Positions 19,925 to 30,837 of a stretch of DNA of 56,407 nt are shown here, in pieces. The DNA is from Promethearchaeota archaeon. GTDB lineage: Archaea; Asgardarchaeota; Lokiarchaeia; Sigyniarchaeales; SOKP01. The stretch's first letter is position 1. Every line of letters begins with the position of its first letter. The stretch covers positions 1-56,407 of the forward strand of contig RDOE01000015.1 of assembly GCA_011364975.1 (NCBI GenBank). The letters run 5' to 3'. The notes beneath the pieces were generated by a model. It was not told where the DNA came from, ran no database searches, and worked only from the letters and a program-made list of their open reading frames with translations. Position numbers and translations under genes: made by a program.

Positions 19925-20032
19925 TTAAAAAAGTTTTAATTTATTAATAAATGATGTAAGTTAATAGACAAGTATTAATTAAACTTGCTAAAACTGTACA
20001 TTTATAGAATAATAACATAGGTAAAGATTACT

Positions 20033-21781
20033 ATGATAAAATTATTTAATCCAAAAAACCCCGATTTTTCAGAACTCGATGAAAAATCAAAGGAAATCAT
20101 GTTAAAGACTATTAAATTCTTCGAAGACAAAGGAATAGAAAAAATCCTTGAAGATGATTTTTCATGTGTATGGTATGAAGATTTTATCGAGTTTCAAAAA
20201 AAAGAAAAAATCTTTTCATCCCTTTTAACGCCATCGGAATACGCATTAGAAAAAAATCCAGATGCTCACTGGGATACTAATCGTAATTGTTATTTTAATG
20301 AAATTACCAGTTTTTATGGTCCACCATATTGGTATACATGGCAAGTTAGTATTTTGGGGCTTGGTCCTATTTGGATGAGTAAAAACGAGATAATAAAAAA
20401 ACGAACTGCTCAAGCTTTATTAGATGGCGGAATTTTTGCTTTTGGACTTTCCGAGAAGGAACATGGAGCTGATTTATATTCTTCGGAGATGAAATTAATT
20501 CCTCAAGAAGATGGAACCTATAGAGCTAATGGAAGTAAATATTACATTGGAAATGGTCAGACCGCAGCATTTACATCGACTTTTGGAAAAATAGCTGATA
20601 AAGATGGAAATATTCTTCATTATCCTGAATCAAGGAAGGTTAAAAGCAGCTATGTTTTTTTTGTTGCTAATTATGAAATTAAGGGATATGACTGCATAAA
20701 AAATATATTACAAAATCAAAACTATGTTGCTGAATACGCTCTTAAAGACTATAAGATAACCGAGGATGAGATTTTAGCTAAAGGTCAAGAAGCGTGGGAT
20801 ATGGCATTAAATGCTGTGAATGTAGGTAAATACCAGCTTGGATGGTCAAGTATTGGGATATGTGAGCACGCATTCTATGAAGCTATTAACCATGCATCAA
20901 ATAGAATATTGTATAATCATGCGGTAACTGAGTTTTCCCATATTAAACAATTTTTTGTGGATGCGTATTGTAGGTTAATTGCGATGAAACTTGTTTCTTT
21001 AAGATCGAAAGATTATATTCGGACAGCATCACAAAATGACAGGAGATATCTATTGTATAATCCTATTATTAAAATGAAGGTGACTACTGAAGGCGTAGTT
21101 GTTATAAACTTACTACATGATATCATCGCAGCAAAAGGGTATGAAAAAGACACTTATTTTCAAGGGGCATTAACATATATTGGTGCCAATCCAAAATTAG
21201 AGGGAACTGCTCATGTAAATATGGCACTCATTGTAAAATTCCTACCCAACTATTTTGGTATAGGGGTACCTTTTGAGAAATATCCGCACGTGCCTAAAAT
21301 TATTGATGATTGTGACGATTCCTTCCTATTTGACCAAGGATCTGCTCAAGATTTAGGAAAAATAAGTTTCCATGATTACCATATTGCTTACAATAAGTAT
21401 GATCTCCCAAATGTTAACATTTTGAAAGAACAGATCGAAGTTTTTAAGGAAATGTGTATAAAAGCAACTCCTACTCCAGAACAAGGACAAGACATCGATT
21501 TTGTCTTGATTAATGGAGAGTTATTTACTCTTGCCGTTTATGGTCAACTTATCCTTGAAAATGCTGAAATTTATGAGGAAGACGATGATTTAATTGAACA
21601 GATTTTTGATTGTTTCATTCGCGATTTTTCTTTGTTTGCCACAAAATTATACACGAAACCAATGACTAATGAAAAACAAATGGAATATTGCTTAAAAATG
21701 ATTAAAAAGCCAGTGCAAGATACTGAACGGTTTGAACGCATTCTGAAAAAAGTTTATGCCCATAAAGGCATATACCCTTAA
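20033..21781 (+). CDS. Acyl-CoA dehydrogenase family protein (long form)
   Basis: AFGLSEKEHGAD, NGSKYYIGNG, R.LY...VTEF.HIKQ, PKLEGTAHVN with the catalytic Glu. Confidence 0.92.
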   Translation: MIKLFNPKNPDFSELDEKSKEIMLKTIKFFEDKGIEKILEDDFSCVWYEDFIEFQKKEKIFSSLLTPSEYALEKNPDAHWDTNRNCYFNEITSFYGPPYWYTWQVSILGLGPIWMSKNEIIKKRTAQALLDGGIFAFGLSEKEHGADLYSSEMKLIPQEDGTYRANGSKYYIGNGQTAAFTSTFGKIADKDGNILHYPESRKVKSSYVFFVANYEIKGYDCIKNILQNQNYVAEYALKDYKITEDEILAKGQEAWDMALNAVNVGKYQLGWSSIGICEHAFYEAINHASNRILYNHAVTEFSHIKQFFVDAYCRLIAMKLVSLRSKDYIRTASQNDRRYLLYNPIIKMKVTTEGVVVINLLHDIIAAKGYEKDTYFQGALTYIGANPKLEGTAHVNMALIVKFLPNYFGIGVPFEKYPHVPKIIDDCDDSFLFDQGSAQDLGKISFHDYHIAYNKYDLPNVNILKEQIEVFKEMCIKATPTPEQGQDIDFVLINGELFTLAVYGQLILENAEIYEEDDDLIEQIFDCFIRDFSLFATKLYTKPMTNEKQMEYCLKMIKKPVQDTERFERILKKVYAHKGIYP

Positions 21782-21812
21782 TCTTTTTTAATTTGTCCTT
21801 CTATGATGCTTT

Positions 21813-24209
21813 ATGATTCCTATTAACAAAGAATTATCAAGATCCGTTGAAAATTTTAACTATGGATGGAAATTTTTTAAAGGAGATGCTATTAATGCTT
21901 ATCAGATTAATTATAACGATGAAAATTGGCGTGAAGTTGACTTACCACATGATTGGAGCATAGAAGGACCATTTGATAAAAAGTGGGCTAGTAGTACGGG
22001 ATATCTTCCAGGAGGTATCGGGTGGTACCGAAAACGGTTTAAAATCGCGAAAAGTGACAGTGACAGAAGATACTTCATATATTTTGAGGGTGTTTACAAT
22101 AATAGTCAAGTATGGATTAATGAAAAAAGTCTTGGTGAGCGCCCTAATGGTTATGTATCTTTTTATTATGAAATTAGCCCCTATATTAATTTTGGGAGTG
22201 AAAATGTCATAGCTGTTAAGGTAAATCATTCAAAATATGCTGATTCACGATGGTATACTGGTTCTGGGATATATCGGAATGTCAAACTTATAAAAACAAA
22301 CGCAATTTATATCAAACCGTGGGGAGTTTATACTCGACCGCACTTAAAGAGTAATAAGGGTATAGTTGATTTTGATATCACTTTAAAAAGTGAAAAAGCT
22401 ACTGTATCTTCAATAACAGTTATAAATGAACTTTACTATCATAAAGAAATTATTGGACAAAATGAAGTTTCTTTAGAAATAAAATCTAATAAGGAATTGA
22501 TAGTTAACGGAAAAATTGAGGTCGAAAATCCAAAGGTTTGGGATATTGATTCTCCAGAATTGTATACTCTTGTAAGTATTGTTAAAGACGAAAAGCAAGT
22601 TTTAGATGAGGTAGAAACAAGTATTGGTTTTAGAGTGCTTCGATTTGATGCTAAGTTTGGGTTTTTTTTGAATGGAAGGAATATGAAGTTAAAAGGTATC
22701 TGTATGCACCACGATGCGGGATGTTTGGGTGCTGCAGTTCCCAGAGATGTTCTTAATAATCGTTTAAGTGTTCTTAAGGAATTGGGCTGTAATGCAATCC
22801 GTACGAGTCATAATGCTTTTGCTCCTGATTTTTACGAGTTATGCGATAAAAAGGGATTTCTTGTGATTGATGAAGTTTTTGATGAATGGGAAGCTCCTAA
22901 GAAAAAATGGATTAAGGGATGGAATATTGGAGAGCCAGTTAAAGATGGTTATGCAGAATATTTCAAAGATTGGGCTAAGATTGACTTACGCGACCAAATA
23001 TTACGAGATCGTAATCATCCCTGTATTATTATGTGGAGTATTGGAAATGAAGTCGATTATCCTAATGATCCATATAGTCATGAGATTCTAAATACAGAAA
23101 AGAATCCTCAAACTAGTGCTAAATTTGACAATCGATTACCATATGCTGGCCGATTAGGTGAAATTGCGAAAGATCTTGTGAGTGTTGTTAAAAAGTTCGA
23201 TAACAATCGACCAGTTACAGCAGGATTGGCTTCCGCACTAATGAGCAACGAAATTGGGTACGCAGATGCTTTAGATGTTGTAGGGTATAATTATCAAGAA
23301 TATCAATATAATGTGGATCATGCTAAATATCCAGAGCGAATTATTTATGGTAGCGAAAACGGTATGACCTTACAAGCTTGGCAAGCAGTCATAGAAAATA
23401 ATTATGTAATGGGACAATTCCTGTGGACTGGGTTTGAATATTTAGGTGAAGCAGCTAAGTATCCCATGCGCAACTCAATAAGTGGTTTAATTGATCTAGC
23501 GGGACATAAAAAGCCAGAGTACTTCTTTCGTCAAAGTTTGTGGAGCGACAAGCCTATAGTATTCATTGGAGTTTCTGAACAAAGGAAGAATAAAAATTAT
23601 ATAAGGGCGCATCAAAATATCCATCCACATTGGAATTGGAGTAATAATCAACTGCTAAAGGTTACTGTATTCTCTAATTGTCAAGAAGTTGAACTATGCC
23701 TTAATAACACATCAATGGGTATTAAAAGATTAGCTGACGCACCCGAAAGAGAACTCAACTGGAACACAAATTTCAAGGCTGGTGAATTGAGAGCTATTGG
23801 TCGGAATAATGGTAAAGTGGTTGCGTCTTACAAGCTAGATACTGCGGGTGAACCCAATCAATTAATTGTCAGAAGTTATAAAGTGAAGCTTAGAGCAAAT
23901 AATCAAGATATTGCTCATCTTGAAGTGATTATTGCTGATGAAAAAGGATTTTTAGTTTATTCAGCAAATAATAAAATAAGTTGTCAAATTAGTGGACCAG
24001 TTCGCTTGTTGGGAATGGAAGATGCAAATGTGAAAAATACTGAAAATTATAAAGATTTAGAACAGAATGCTTTTAAAGGGCGGTTATTAGCTTATATACA
24101 GTCTTTAAATCGGACTGGAAAAGGAACAATCGTATTCTCCTCATCAGGGATTAAAAGTTGTAAGATCGTAATAGATGTAGTTGAAATGAATGAGTCTAAT
24201 ATAGATTAA
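21813..24209 (+). CDS. Glycoside hydrolase family 2 (beta-galactosidase-like), no signal peptide
   Basis: LPHDWSI, GWYRKRF, RWYTGSGIYR, NAIRTSHN, RDRNHPCIIMWSIGNE (acid/base), YGSEN (nucleophile), GQFLWTGFEYLGE. Confidence 0.93.
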   Translation: MIPINKELSRSVENFNYGWKFFKGDAINAYQINYNDENWREVDLPHDWSIEGPFDKKWASSTGYLPGGIGWYRKRFKIAKSDSDRRYFIYFEGVYNNSQVWINEKSLGERPNGYVSFYYEISPYINFGSENVIAVKVNHSKYADSRWYTGSGIYRNVKLIKTNAIYIKPWGVYTRPHLKSNKGIVDFDITLKSEKATVSSITVINELYYHKEIIGQNEVSLEIKSNKELIVNGKIEVENPKVWDIDSPELYTLVSIVKDEKQVLDEVETSIGFRVLRFDAKFGFFLNGRNMKLKGICMHHDAGCLGAAVPRDVLNNRLSVLKELGCNAIRTSHNAFAPDFYELCDKKGFLVIDEVFDEWEAPKKKWIKGWNIGEPVKDGYAEYFKDWAKIDLRDQILRDRNHPCIIMWSIGNEVDYPNDPYSHEILNTEKNPQTSAKFDNRLPYAGRLGEIAKDLVSVVKKFDNNRPVTAGLASALMSNEIGYADALDVVGYNYQEYQYNVDHAKYPERIIYGSENGMTLQAWQAVIENNYVMGQFLWTGFEYLGEAAKYPMRNSISGLIDLAGHKKPEYFFRQSLWSDKPIVFIGVSEQRKNKNYIRAHQNIHPHWNWSNNQLLKVTVFSNCQEVELCLNNTSMGIKRLADAPERELNWNTNFKAGELRAIGRNNGKVVASYKLDTAGEPNQLIVRSYKVKLRANNQDIAHLEVIIADEKGFLVYSANNKISCQISGPVRLLGMEDANVKNTENYKDLEQNAFKGRLLAYIQSLNRTGKGTIVFSSSGIKSCKIVIDVVEMNESNID

Positions 24210-24293
24210 TTAATTAAATTGTAGGCGATAAATATTCGGGCTAGATTTTGGAAAAGGTATTATAAAGAAGAAAGTAGTACTAAAAAGAATGCG

Positions 24294-25568
24294 TTGCCCT
24301 TAACGGAACAAGAAGATAAAGACCACAAAACAAGAACAATGTCTCTTTCAATAAAGGAAGGCTATTTTGGAGGTCTTTCCCAGACTTTAAGTGATCAATT
24401 TATAACACCCTATGCCCTCAGCCTACAAATGAATCCTACTCAAATGGGAATTCTACGGTCCCTTCTTGGTATTATCTCTCCTTTTGGTCAGATATTTGGT
24501 TCTAACCGAATGAAAAATAATTCGCGACGAAGTCTTGTCATAAAGGGAGTAATTCTTCAAGCACTTACGTGGCCCTTGATTATGGTTTTAGGGATTTTTG
24601 CTTTAAACAATTGGTTACTTACATTACTTCCAATATTTTTAATAGTATTTTACCTTCTCTATTCTTTTTTTGGGTCAACAGCAGGACCAAGTTGGTTTTC
24701 CTTAATGGGGGATATTATACCTGAAAATTACCGGGGTCGCTACTTTTCGAAACGAAATTTGTTAATTACTGCTACTTCTATAAGTATAACTGTAATAGCT
24801 TCAATTCTACTAGAGCAATTCAAAATTATGAAAAACACTTTCATCGGTTTTTTTATTATTTTCTTTGTGGCTTTTATAAGTAGAATAATTTCGGCAATTT
24901 ATTTAGCGCGACATTATTACCCTCCTTTTACAATTGAAAAGCAGTCTTATTTGAGTCTTTTAAAATTCCTAAAAAGTATCCCTAAGAGTAACTTCGGAAT
25001 ATTTACCTTATACATAACATTTCTTCAATTTTCTGTTAACATTGCAGCAGTATTCATAGGTTATTATATGTTAGATGATTTAAACTTCAATTATATAGAA
25101 TATGTATCTGTAAATTTGTCTATGCCACTCCTCAGCCTTCTTTTTTACCCTTTAATAGGCCTTATTTCAGATAAATATGGGAATGCGTTAGTATTGAGGA
25201 TTGGCGGTTTTTTACTTCCAATAATTCCTTTCCTTTGGATATTTCTAAATACTCCTTTACAATTAATTTTTGGTCCACAATTAATTTCTGCGTTTGCGTG
25301 GACGGGAGTTAATTTAGCCGCCTCAAACTTTATTTATGATAACATTCCTACTCAACAAAGAGGGTTCTATGTTGCGTATTTTAATCTCTTTTTGGGAATT
25401 GGGGTACTTTTTGGAGGTCTCTTAGGAAGCTTTCTTTTACAAATAGTCCCAATTATCTTCTTTAGTATTTTCCAAACTCTATTCTTAATTTCTGGATTTT
25501 CTAGATTACTTTTCGATTTAATATTCTTATTTCGAATAAAAGAAGTTAGAGTAAAAAAACCTAAGTAG
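24294..25568 (+). CDS. MFS transporter
   Basis: ~12 TM segments; W.SLMGDIIPENYRGRYFSKR; G.ISDKYGN. Confidence 0.88.
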   Translation: MPLTEQEDKDHKTRTMSLSIKEGYFGGLSQTLSDQFITPYALSLQMNPTQMGILRSLLGIISPFGQIFGSNRMKNNSRRSLVIKGVILQALTWPLIMVLGIFALNNWLLTLLPIFLIVFYLLYSFFGSTAGPSWFSLMGDIIPENYRGRYFSKRNLLITATSISITVIASILLEQFKIMKNTFIGFFIIFFVAFISRIISAIYLARHYYPPFTIEKQSYLSLLKFLKSIPKSNFGIFTLYITFLQFSVNIAAVFIGYYMLDDLNFNYIEYVSVNLSMPLLSLLFYPLIGLISDKYGNALVLRIGGFLLPIIPFLWIFLNTPLQLIFGPQLISAFAWTGVNLAASNFIYDNIPTQQRGFYVAYFNLFLGIGVLFGGLLGSFLLQIVPIIFFSIFQTLFLISGFSRLLFDLIFLFRIKEVRVKKPK

Positions 25569-25570
25569 GA

Positions 25571-26395
25571 TTATAAAGTATCCAATCCTTTTATTTTAAG
25601 TGGTGGACGTGGGGCAGTTCTCCGGTATTTTACCGCCGGATAACCCAAAGTAAAAGCTCCAAGCACCATGCCCTTAATTCCTAAGATGTTTAAAATTTCC
25701 TTATTCATAGGGACAGATCCTTGAATCATTCCAATCCAGCAAGTCCCAAGACCAAGAGTTTCAGCTTCCAACATTCCATATGTTAAAGCGATTCCTGCAT
25801 CATTCGCCCGTAATCCAATCATTACAGTACTTTTTTCAACAATCCTATAATATAGTACAATTACATGAGGTGCTTTATGAAAGATACTCCTTCCAATAGA
25901 TTTTAAATGTTTTTGAGCTTGTTCTGGTGACTGGAAACCCATGTAAGCGTAGTTCACCTTAATAATTTCATCGTTCAATTTTTGGATTTTTTCGGGATCA
26001 GACATTATTACATAACGCCATGCTCTAGCATTTGAGGCACTAGGAGCGTATCTCATTGCTTCGAAAATCTTTTCTATCAGTTCCTTTGGAACTTTTTTGT
26101 TTTTGTAGCGTCTAATTGATCGTTTGGCACGAAGAAGTTTAAGTAATTTTTCATTTTCAACGATATTTTCGGGTGAATCGATACCAGAATATGTTTCAAC
26201 ATCATCGAGACCCTTAGTCAAAATGGCATCTTCAGGGCAAATTGCTATGCAATGGCCACAAATATTACACGTTTTTAATCCTTCGTTAAAAAAAACCTGA
26301 TCATCATCATTAACGAAAAAATATCCCCGACCACACTCTTGAACACATAGTCTACAACCTGAACATTTATCTTTGTCTATTCCAATAACTGACAT
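25571..26395 (-). CDS. Nitroreductase with N-terminal 2x[4Fe-4S] ferredoxin
   Basis: CSGCRLCVQEC, CNICGHCIAICP, KRSIRRY, YAPSASN, LGLGTCWIG. Confidence 0.92.
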   Translation of the reverse strand: MSVIGIDKDKCSGCRLCVQECGRGYFFVNDDDQVFFNEGLKTCNICGHCIAICPEDAILTKGLDDVETYSGIDSPENIVENEKLLKLLRAKRSIRRYKNKKVPKELIEKIFEAMRYAPSASNARAWRYVIMSDPEKIQKLNDEIIKVNYAYMGFQSPEQAQKHLKSIGRSIFHKAPHVIVLYYRIVEKSTVMIGLRANDAGIALTYGMLEAETLGLGTCWIGMIQGSVPMNKEILNILGIKGMVLGAFTLGYPAVKYRRTAPRPPLKIKGLDTL

Positions 26396-26492
26396 ATTAG
26401 TTTTATCAAATTTGATTTTTTTTGGTATTTTTAAGAGAATTATGGATTCTTTATAAAAAATTGTTTAATAAAATAATAGGTTGTATTGTAGC

Positions 26493-27686
26493 TCAAAGCC
26501 TAAAACGAGTACACATCAAATATTGTATGGGTTGTTTATCTTTGCTGTATTCGTGATAAGCAAGTACAATTGTCTCATCTTCCAGTTGAGTCGCACTTGG
26601 ATAACCAATATGCCAATATTGAGCCATTATTAACATATCTTGAACTGTTCGATCACCTTTCCCAGGCTTTGGAACAAGCACTCCACCTTCTCTAATTGTA
26701 AATTCGTTTTTAATATCCCAATTCAAACCATCATCTGAAATGCAACCACGAACGCCCCAGGGATCTTTTCTGTATCCATAAACTACTAAAACGCGTCCAT
26801 CTTTTAATTGCAAGACTTCAGCAGGATATCCCCAGAGAGGACTTTTCTTTGGAAGACTCCAAGTAACTCCATCATCATCTGACCATGTAAACCACAAATT
26901 ATCTTGCCGATTAGGTTTATGTTGAGTCCTCAGGAAACAAATTAATTTACCATTATTAAGCCTTGTCATTCCAGGTTCCATAAAATGAATAATACTAGCG
27001 GGATCAAATGCAACAGTAGACCAATACTCCCAATTATCACCTCCATCATCCGATCTTAGGAGAAAGCAACGGGATGTTTCATTACCCAATCCAACCTCAC
27101 GATTTGTTGACATTGTCCCATCTAGAGGCATTAGTAATCCTCCATCAGGAAGTTCGATAATATGTCCTGCTCCAGATCCTCCACAAGCATACGCACTCAA
27201 TGATGAGCTTGCGATTGGACTAGTGTTTACTTCAATAGGATCAGTCCAAGTCTCACCATAATCTTTAGATTTGAGGACAACATATCCAGTTTGCCTTTTT
27301 AGACGTTCTGGCATCCCTGGAGGTGGCATTCCTAATGATTGATCACCATCATAATTTATTCCTCTAGGTGCGATGAAATTACATACTCTCGTGTGCATTA
27401 AGATTGTCCCATCTGAAATTTGGGAAAAAGCACAATCCCAATTCCCTTTATTCTCAGTATAAGGCCATATTACTTTCTTTTCAGAAGCATTCCAATTTTT
27501 CCCTCCATCCTTTGATTTAATATAGCAGCATTGGCCACTATCAGCATGAACTGGATACCTTTCTTCATTAAATCCCAGGAATAGTTCTCCATTCTGAAGT
27601 AATACAATACTGACTTGATTACACGCGTGTGCTAATTCAGAATCCTTGTAAACCATTACATGTTCAACATGTTTAACACTAACCAT
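26493..27686 (-). CDS. BNR/Asp-box repeat beta-propeller protein (sialidase fold), cytoplasmic
   Basis: Five Asp boxes (SKDGGKNW, SKDYGETW, SDDGGDNW, SDDDGVTW, SDDGLNW) and C-terminal GYPS; no FRIP motif, no signal peptide. Confidence 0.85.
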   Translation of the reverse strand: MVSVKHVEHVMVYKDSELAHACNQVSIVLLQNGELFLGFNEERYPVHADSGQCCYIKSKDGGKNWNASEKKVIWPYTENKGNWDCAFSQISDGTILMHTRVCNFIAPRGINYDGDQSLGMPPPGMPERLKRQTGYVVLKSKDYGETWTDPIEVNTSPIASSSLSAYACGGSGAGHIIELPDGGLLMPLDGTMSTNREVGLGNETSRCFLLRSDDGGDNWEYWSTVAFDPASIIHFMEPGMTRLNNGKLICFLRTQHKPNRQDNLWFTWSDDDGVTWSLPKKSPLWGYPAEVLQLKDGRVLVVYGYRKDPWGVRGCISDDGLNWDIKNEFTIREGGVLVPKPGKGDRTVQDMLIMAQYWHIGYPSATQLEDETIVLAYHEYSKDKQPIQYLMCTRFRL

Positions 27687-27769
27687 AAGAAAAACTCTTC
27701 AATTAATTAAATTTATATGTTAAAATAACTTTTAGCTTATAAAATCTATATATTCTTCCTTTTCTTAGA

Positions 27770-28936
27770 TTAATCTACTTTAACGTGAGAATTTAATTCT
27801 TCAATTAACGCATCAATATTGTTTGAGTCATTAAATGATATAGAAATTGCCCCGTTAGGGCAGGCTTCCACACACCTTCCACAACCAAGACATCGATCCG
27901 TAATATATGCAATACCATCTATCATTTCATTTCCATTCCAAACGCAAGCTTCAATGCAATCTCCACATCCAACACATGCGTCTTCATCAATCACTACACT
28001 AAGTCCTTCTATTTTTTTTATAAATCTAAGTTCGCTTGTAGCATGCTTCATAATTGGAATATCAACGCAGCAACAAGGACAACAAAAACATGCTGACATG
28101 AATTTTCCTGTATCTTCAATACCTGCTCCTACAGCCTCATCCATGGCTCTTCCAATTAGTGGGATCAAACCATCATCTATAGCTCTTTTCACAGGTTCCA
28201 AGGCTTCTTCCTTTGTTGCAACATGCTTTCTCTCTTCATCAATCGGCAGATTTAGTGTATCATCACCCATGTTTAAGCAACCTATCGAATGATCGTGATT
28301 TTGACAGTTCTTACTGACTCTACAACCACATTTATTCAAAATGACAATGTTGCTTGCTTTTTCAATGAAGTGTTTAAAAACAGCATAGGGTATAACTTGG
28401 TTTTCATACGTCCCAAGAGACTGATTTATTGGGATGAAAAATCCAATATCGTCATCAGACATTCGTGTTGCCACCAATTTTCGAAGGATGGGCAATTTTG
28501 ATAGCATGTAGGGATGAAAGTCCTTCTCTTTATTAAATCGAACCGTTATAAATGGCTTATTACTTCTTACGTTCTTTTTTCCGGTTTCTGTTTCGATTAC
28601 CTTCCATGATTCCGTGTAGTGTATTTTGAAATTACCACCATAAGCCGGTCCGTAATCAAATTCAAAAACCTCCCCTTTTAGGAATCGAAGTGCTAACTCT
28701 TTATCCCTAATTATCAATGTAATGTCAGGATTCTCTAAAATATCTCCAAACTTGTAAGATATTGAATCCTTCTTAAAGATTTGAGATCCTCGAATTTTAA
28801 AAGGTAATTTCCATTGAACTTGTAACTCCCCAACAGTTTCCATATCTTTCTCATAAATTTTGTCATTCGGTGCTGCTTTCTCTTGATCCTTCAACATTTC
28901 TAAAAAGTCTGATTCGATTTTTGGTTTATCTACCAT
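27770..28936 (-). CDS. SCP2-like + Cys-rich Fe-S/2x[4Fe-4S] protein (paralog 6)
   Basis: VQWKL..GSQIF..YKFGDILENPDITL; CGCR, CFCCPCCC, two ferredoxin motifs. Confidence 0.88.
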   Translation of the reverse strand: MVDKPKIESDFLEMLKDQEKAAPNDKIYEKDMETVGELQVQWKLPFKIRGSQIFKKDSISYKFGDILENPDITLIIRDKELALRFLKGEVFEFDYGPAYGGNFKIHYTESWKVIETETGKKNVRSNKPFITVRFNKEKDFHPYMLSKLPILRKLVATRMSDDDIGFFIPINQSLGTYENQVIPYAVFKHFIEKASNIVILNKCGCRVSKNCQNHDHSIGCLNMGDDTLNLPIDEERKHVATKEEALEPVKRAIDDGLIPLIGRAMDEAVGAGIEDTGKFMSACFCCPCCCVDIPIMKHATSELRFIKKIEGLSVVIDEDACVGCGDCIEACVWNGNEMIDGIAYITDRCLGCGRCVEACPNGAISISFNDSNNIDALIEELNSHVKVD

Positions 28937-29000
28937 AGTATCACTTAATATCGTGTTAAAATTTAGTTACTATCTAAAGTCTAATTTATTATTTAAAGCT

Positions 29001-29015
29001 ATTTCCATTGGGCAT
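29001..29015 (-). promoter_or_regulatory. Putative operator, shared-motif copy (minus strand ATGCCCAATGGAAAT), followed by TTTAAATA
   Basis: 64 nt upstream of 28936. Confidence 0.6.
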
Positions 29016-29099
29016 TTATTAACGGATTTTAATCAAATCTATATTCATGAACTTAAGTTTATATACTAGTAAAACCAAATATCTAAATAAAAAAAAAAT

Positions 29100-30563
29100 T
29101 TGGTTCAAATGAGTGAAACAATTAACTTTACTGAATCTCTTGAAACAAGACATTCAAGATGGACCTTTCTTTCAAATGCCTTCGGTTTACTTTGCTCTAC
29201 TTTAATAGGTGCTGTTCAAGGGTTTACCATTTTCTATTATGAAGCTGTTGTTGGATTAGATGCAATATTAGTTGCTATTGCCATGACAATCTTTCTGATC
29301 TATAACGGAGCTAATGACCCTATCTTTGGTTTTTTAATCGATAGGAATTTCAGATTTACGAAAAGATGGGGAAGAAGATTTCCATGGATCGTCGTAGGCA
29401 TCATCCCTTGGGTCATTTCTGTCTATCTTCTCTTTTCAGTTCCAAGTACCATCGATGGTTCTACAAATCCTGGGGCTGCCTTTGGATGGTTATTATTAAC
29501 ATTGGTTTTACTTGACACCTTTGGCACACTTGTGAATATTAATTACAAAGCAGTTCAAATGGAAAAATTTCGGTCGGAGTACGAGCGTCGAAGATTCACA
29601 AAATATTATGCACCTCTCGACATTTTAGCTATTGTCCTTGGAATGTTATTACCTCCTCTTTTTACTGATATGATTCCTGGCGATCCAAGAGCCAGCTATA
29701 GCATGATGGGAGCGATAATCGCCGTAATAGCTCTTTTTTTCGGTATTTTATCTCTTCCTGGAAACCGTGAGGACAAAATAATGATTGATAAGTATTATTC
29801 ACCCGATTCTGTGAAACGAATGAATTTTTTTAGAGTCTTTAAAGAAGCTATAAAATCGAGAACTTTTATGGTATGGTTTATATTTGGAATGTTTAATGGA
29901 ATATATGTCTCCCTTGTTGTAACAAACATGATATATATAACAACTTTTGTCTTACAAGTTGGTGGAGATATGTTTCTTGTTATTTTAGGTTTAAATCTCA
30001 TAGGTAGCTTGATATCTATTCCTTTGTGGGTAAGATTTATCCGAAAAATAAACAATAATAAGAAAGCTCTCGTGGTTGCGGGTTTCTTATCATGTGCTGC
30101 GTTATTTCCATTGACATTTTTTCAGGGCCTAATTGATATAATGATCATGGCACTCGTTCTCGGACTCGCCCAGGGAGGTGTAAACTCATACGTATACACT
30201 ATAATCGGTCCGAGTGTGACCGAGGATGTTATTGTTAAGATGGGAAAAAATCAAAAAGCGATTCTCTTCGGAATTTCTGCATTACTTGGTCGTCTTGTTG
30301 CATCAATTGATGAATTTGTTATTGCATTCGTCCACGATACAACAGGGTTTATAGCAGGTAATGATACTTATGCGGATATGTTAGCAGCAGTCACATTAGC
30401 TGGCGGTGATATAAATTTAGTACTTATAGGTATACGCCTCCTCCAAGGAGTCATTCCAGGGTTATTTTTACTAGTGGGTGTTCTGATTATTTGGAAGTTT
30501 TTCCCCCTAACTCAAGAAAGGTTATTAAGTAATAAGGCTAAGATGCAAGAACTCGGATTTTAA
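29100..30563 (+). CDS. GPH/MelB-like (MFS_2) glycoside-cation symporter
   Basis: NGANDPIFGFLIDR...RWGRRFPWI; ~12 TM; C-terminal FPLT. Confidence 0.9.
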   Translation: MVQMSETINFTESLETRHSRWTFLSNAFGLLCSTLIGAVQGFTIFYYEAVVGLDAILVAIAMTIFLIYNGANDPIFGFLIDRNFRFTKRWGRRFPWIVVGIIPWVISVYLLFSVPSTIDGSTNPGAAFGWLLLTLVLLDTFGTLVNINYKAVQMEKFRSEYERRRFTKYYAPLDILAIVLGMLLPPLFTDMIPGDPRASYSMMGAIIAVIALFFGILSLPGNREDKIMIDKYYSPDSVKRMNFFRVFKEAIKSRTFMVWFIFGMFNGIYVSLVVTNMIYITTFVLQVGGDMFLVILGLNLIGSLISIPLWVRFIRKINNNKKALVVAGFLSCAALFPLTFFQGLIDIMIMALVLGLAQGGVNSYVYTIIGPSVTEDVIVKMGKNQKAILFGISALLGRLVASIDEFVIAFVHDTTGFIAGNDTYADMLAAVTLAGGDINLVLIGIRLLQGVIPGLFLLVGVLIIWKFFPLTQERLLSNKAKMQELGF

Positions 30564-30575
30564 TGACTTAAATTA

Positions 30576-30585
30576 TTTTTTTTTT
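30576..30585 (+). terminator. Oligo-T terminator
   Basis: 10 T located 12 nt after the stop codon. Confidence 0.5.
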
Positions 30586-30667
30586 AATTTAATTTTCAAG
30601 GATAAATTGAGCGTTTGCCACCTTCTCTGCGTGTAAAGTTATATTGTCTTTTAGTATTTATACTCAG

Positions 30668-30739
30668 ATGACTGATGTCGAAGGAAAAGTGAATGAGTTG
30701 CTAGCTAATCAATCAAGATACCCGCTCGTGCTCTCTTGA
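30668..30739 (+). pseudogene. Possible gene remnant or small ORF (MTDVEGKVNELLANQSRYPLVLS)
   Basis: ATG ~24 nt after an AAAGTTATAT TATA-like box (leaderless spacing); 23 codons; lies at the edge of the GC-rich segment. Confidence 0.25.
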
Positions 30740-30837
30740 GGGATTCTGAGATTTATTGTATCCTTTATAATAATGTATATATATAACATTCATTAATATT
30801 TATGTATGGAACGAATTTATAGAAAAATTCAGAATAG

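Noticed and set aside
26493-27686. Calling the BNR protein a true sialidase (GH33)
   Set aside because: Asp boxes are present, but the FRIP motif and arginine triad are not evident; only the fold is supported.
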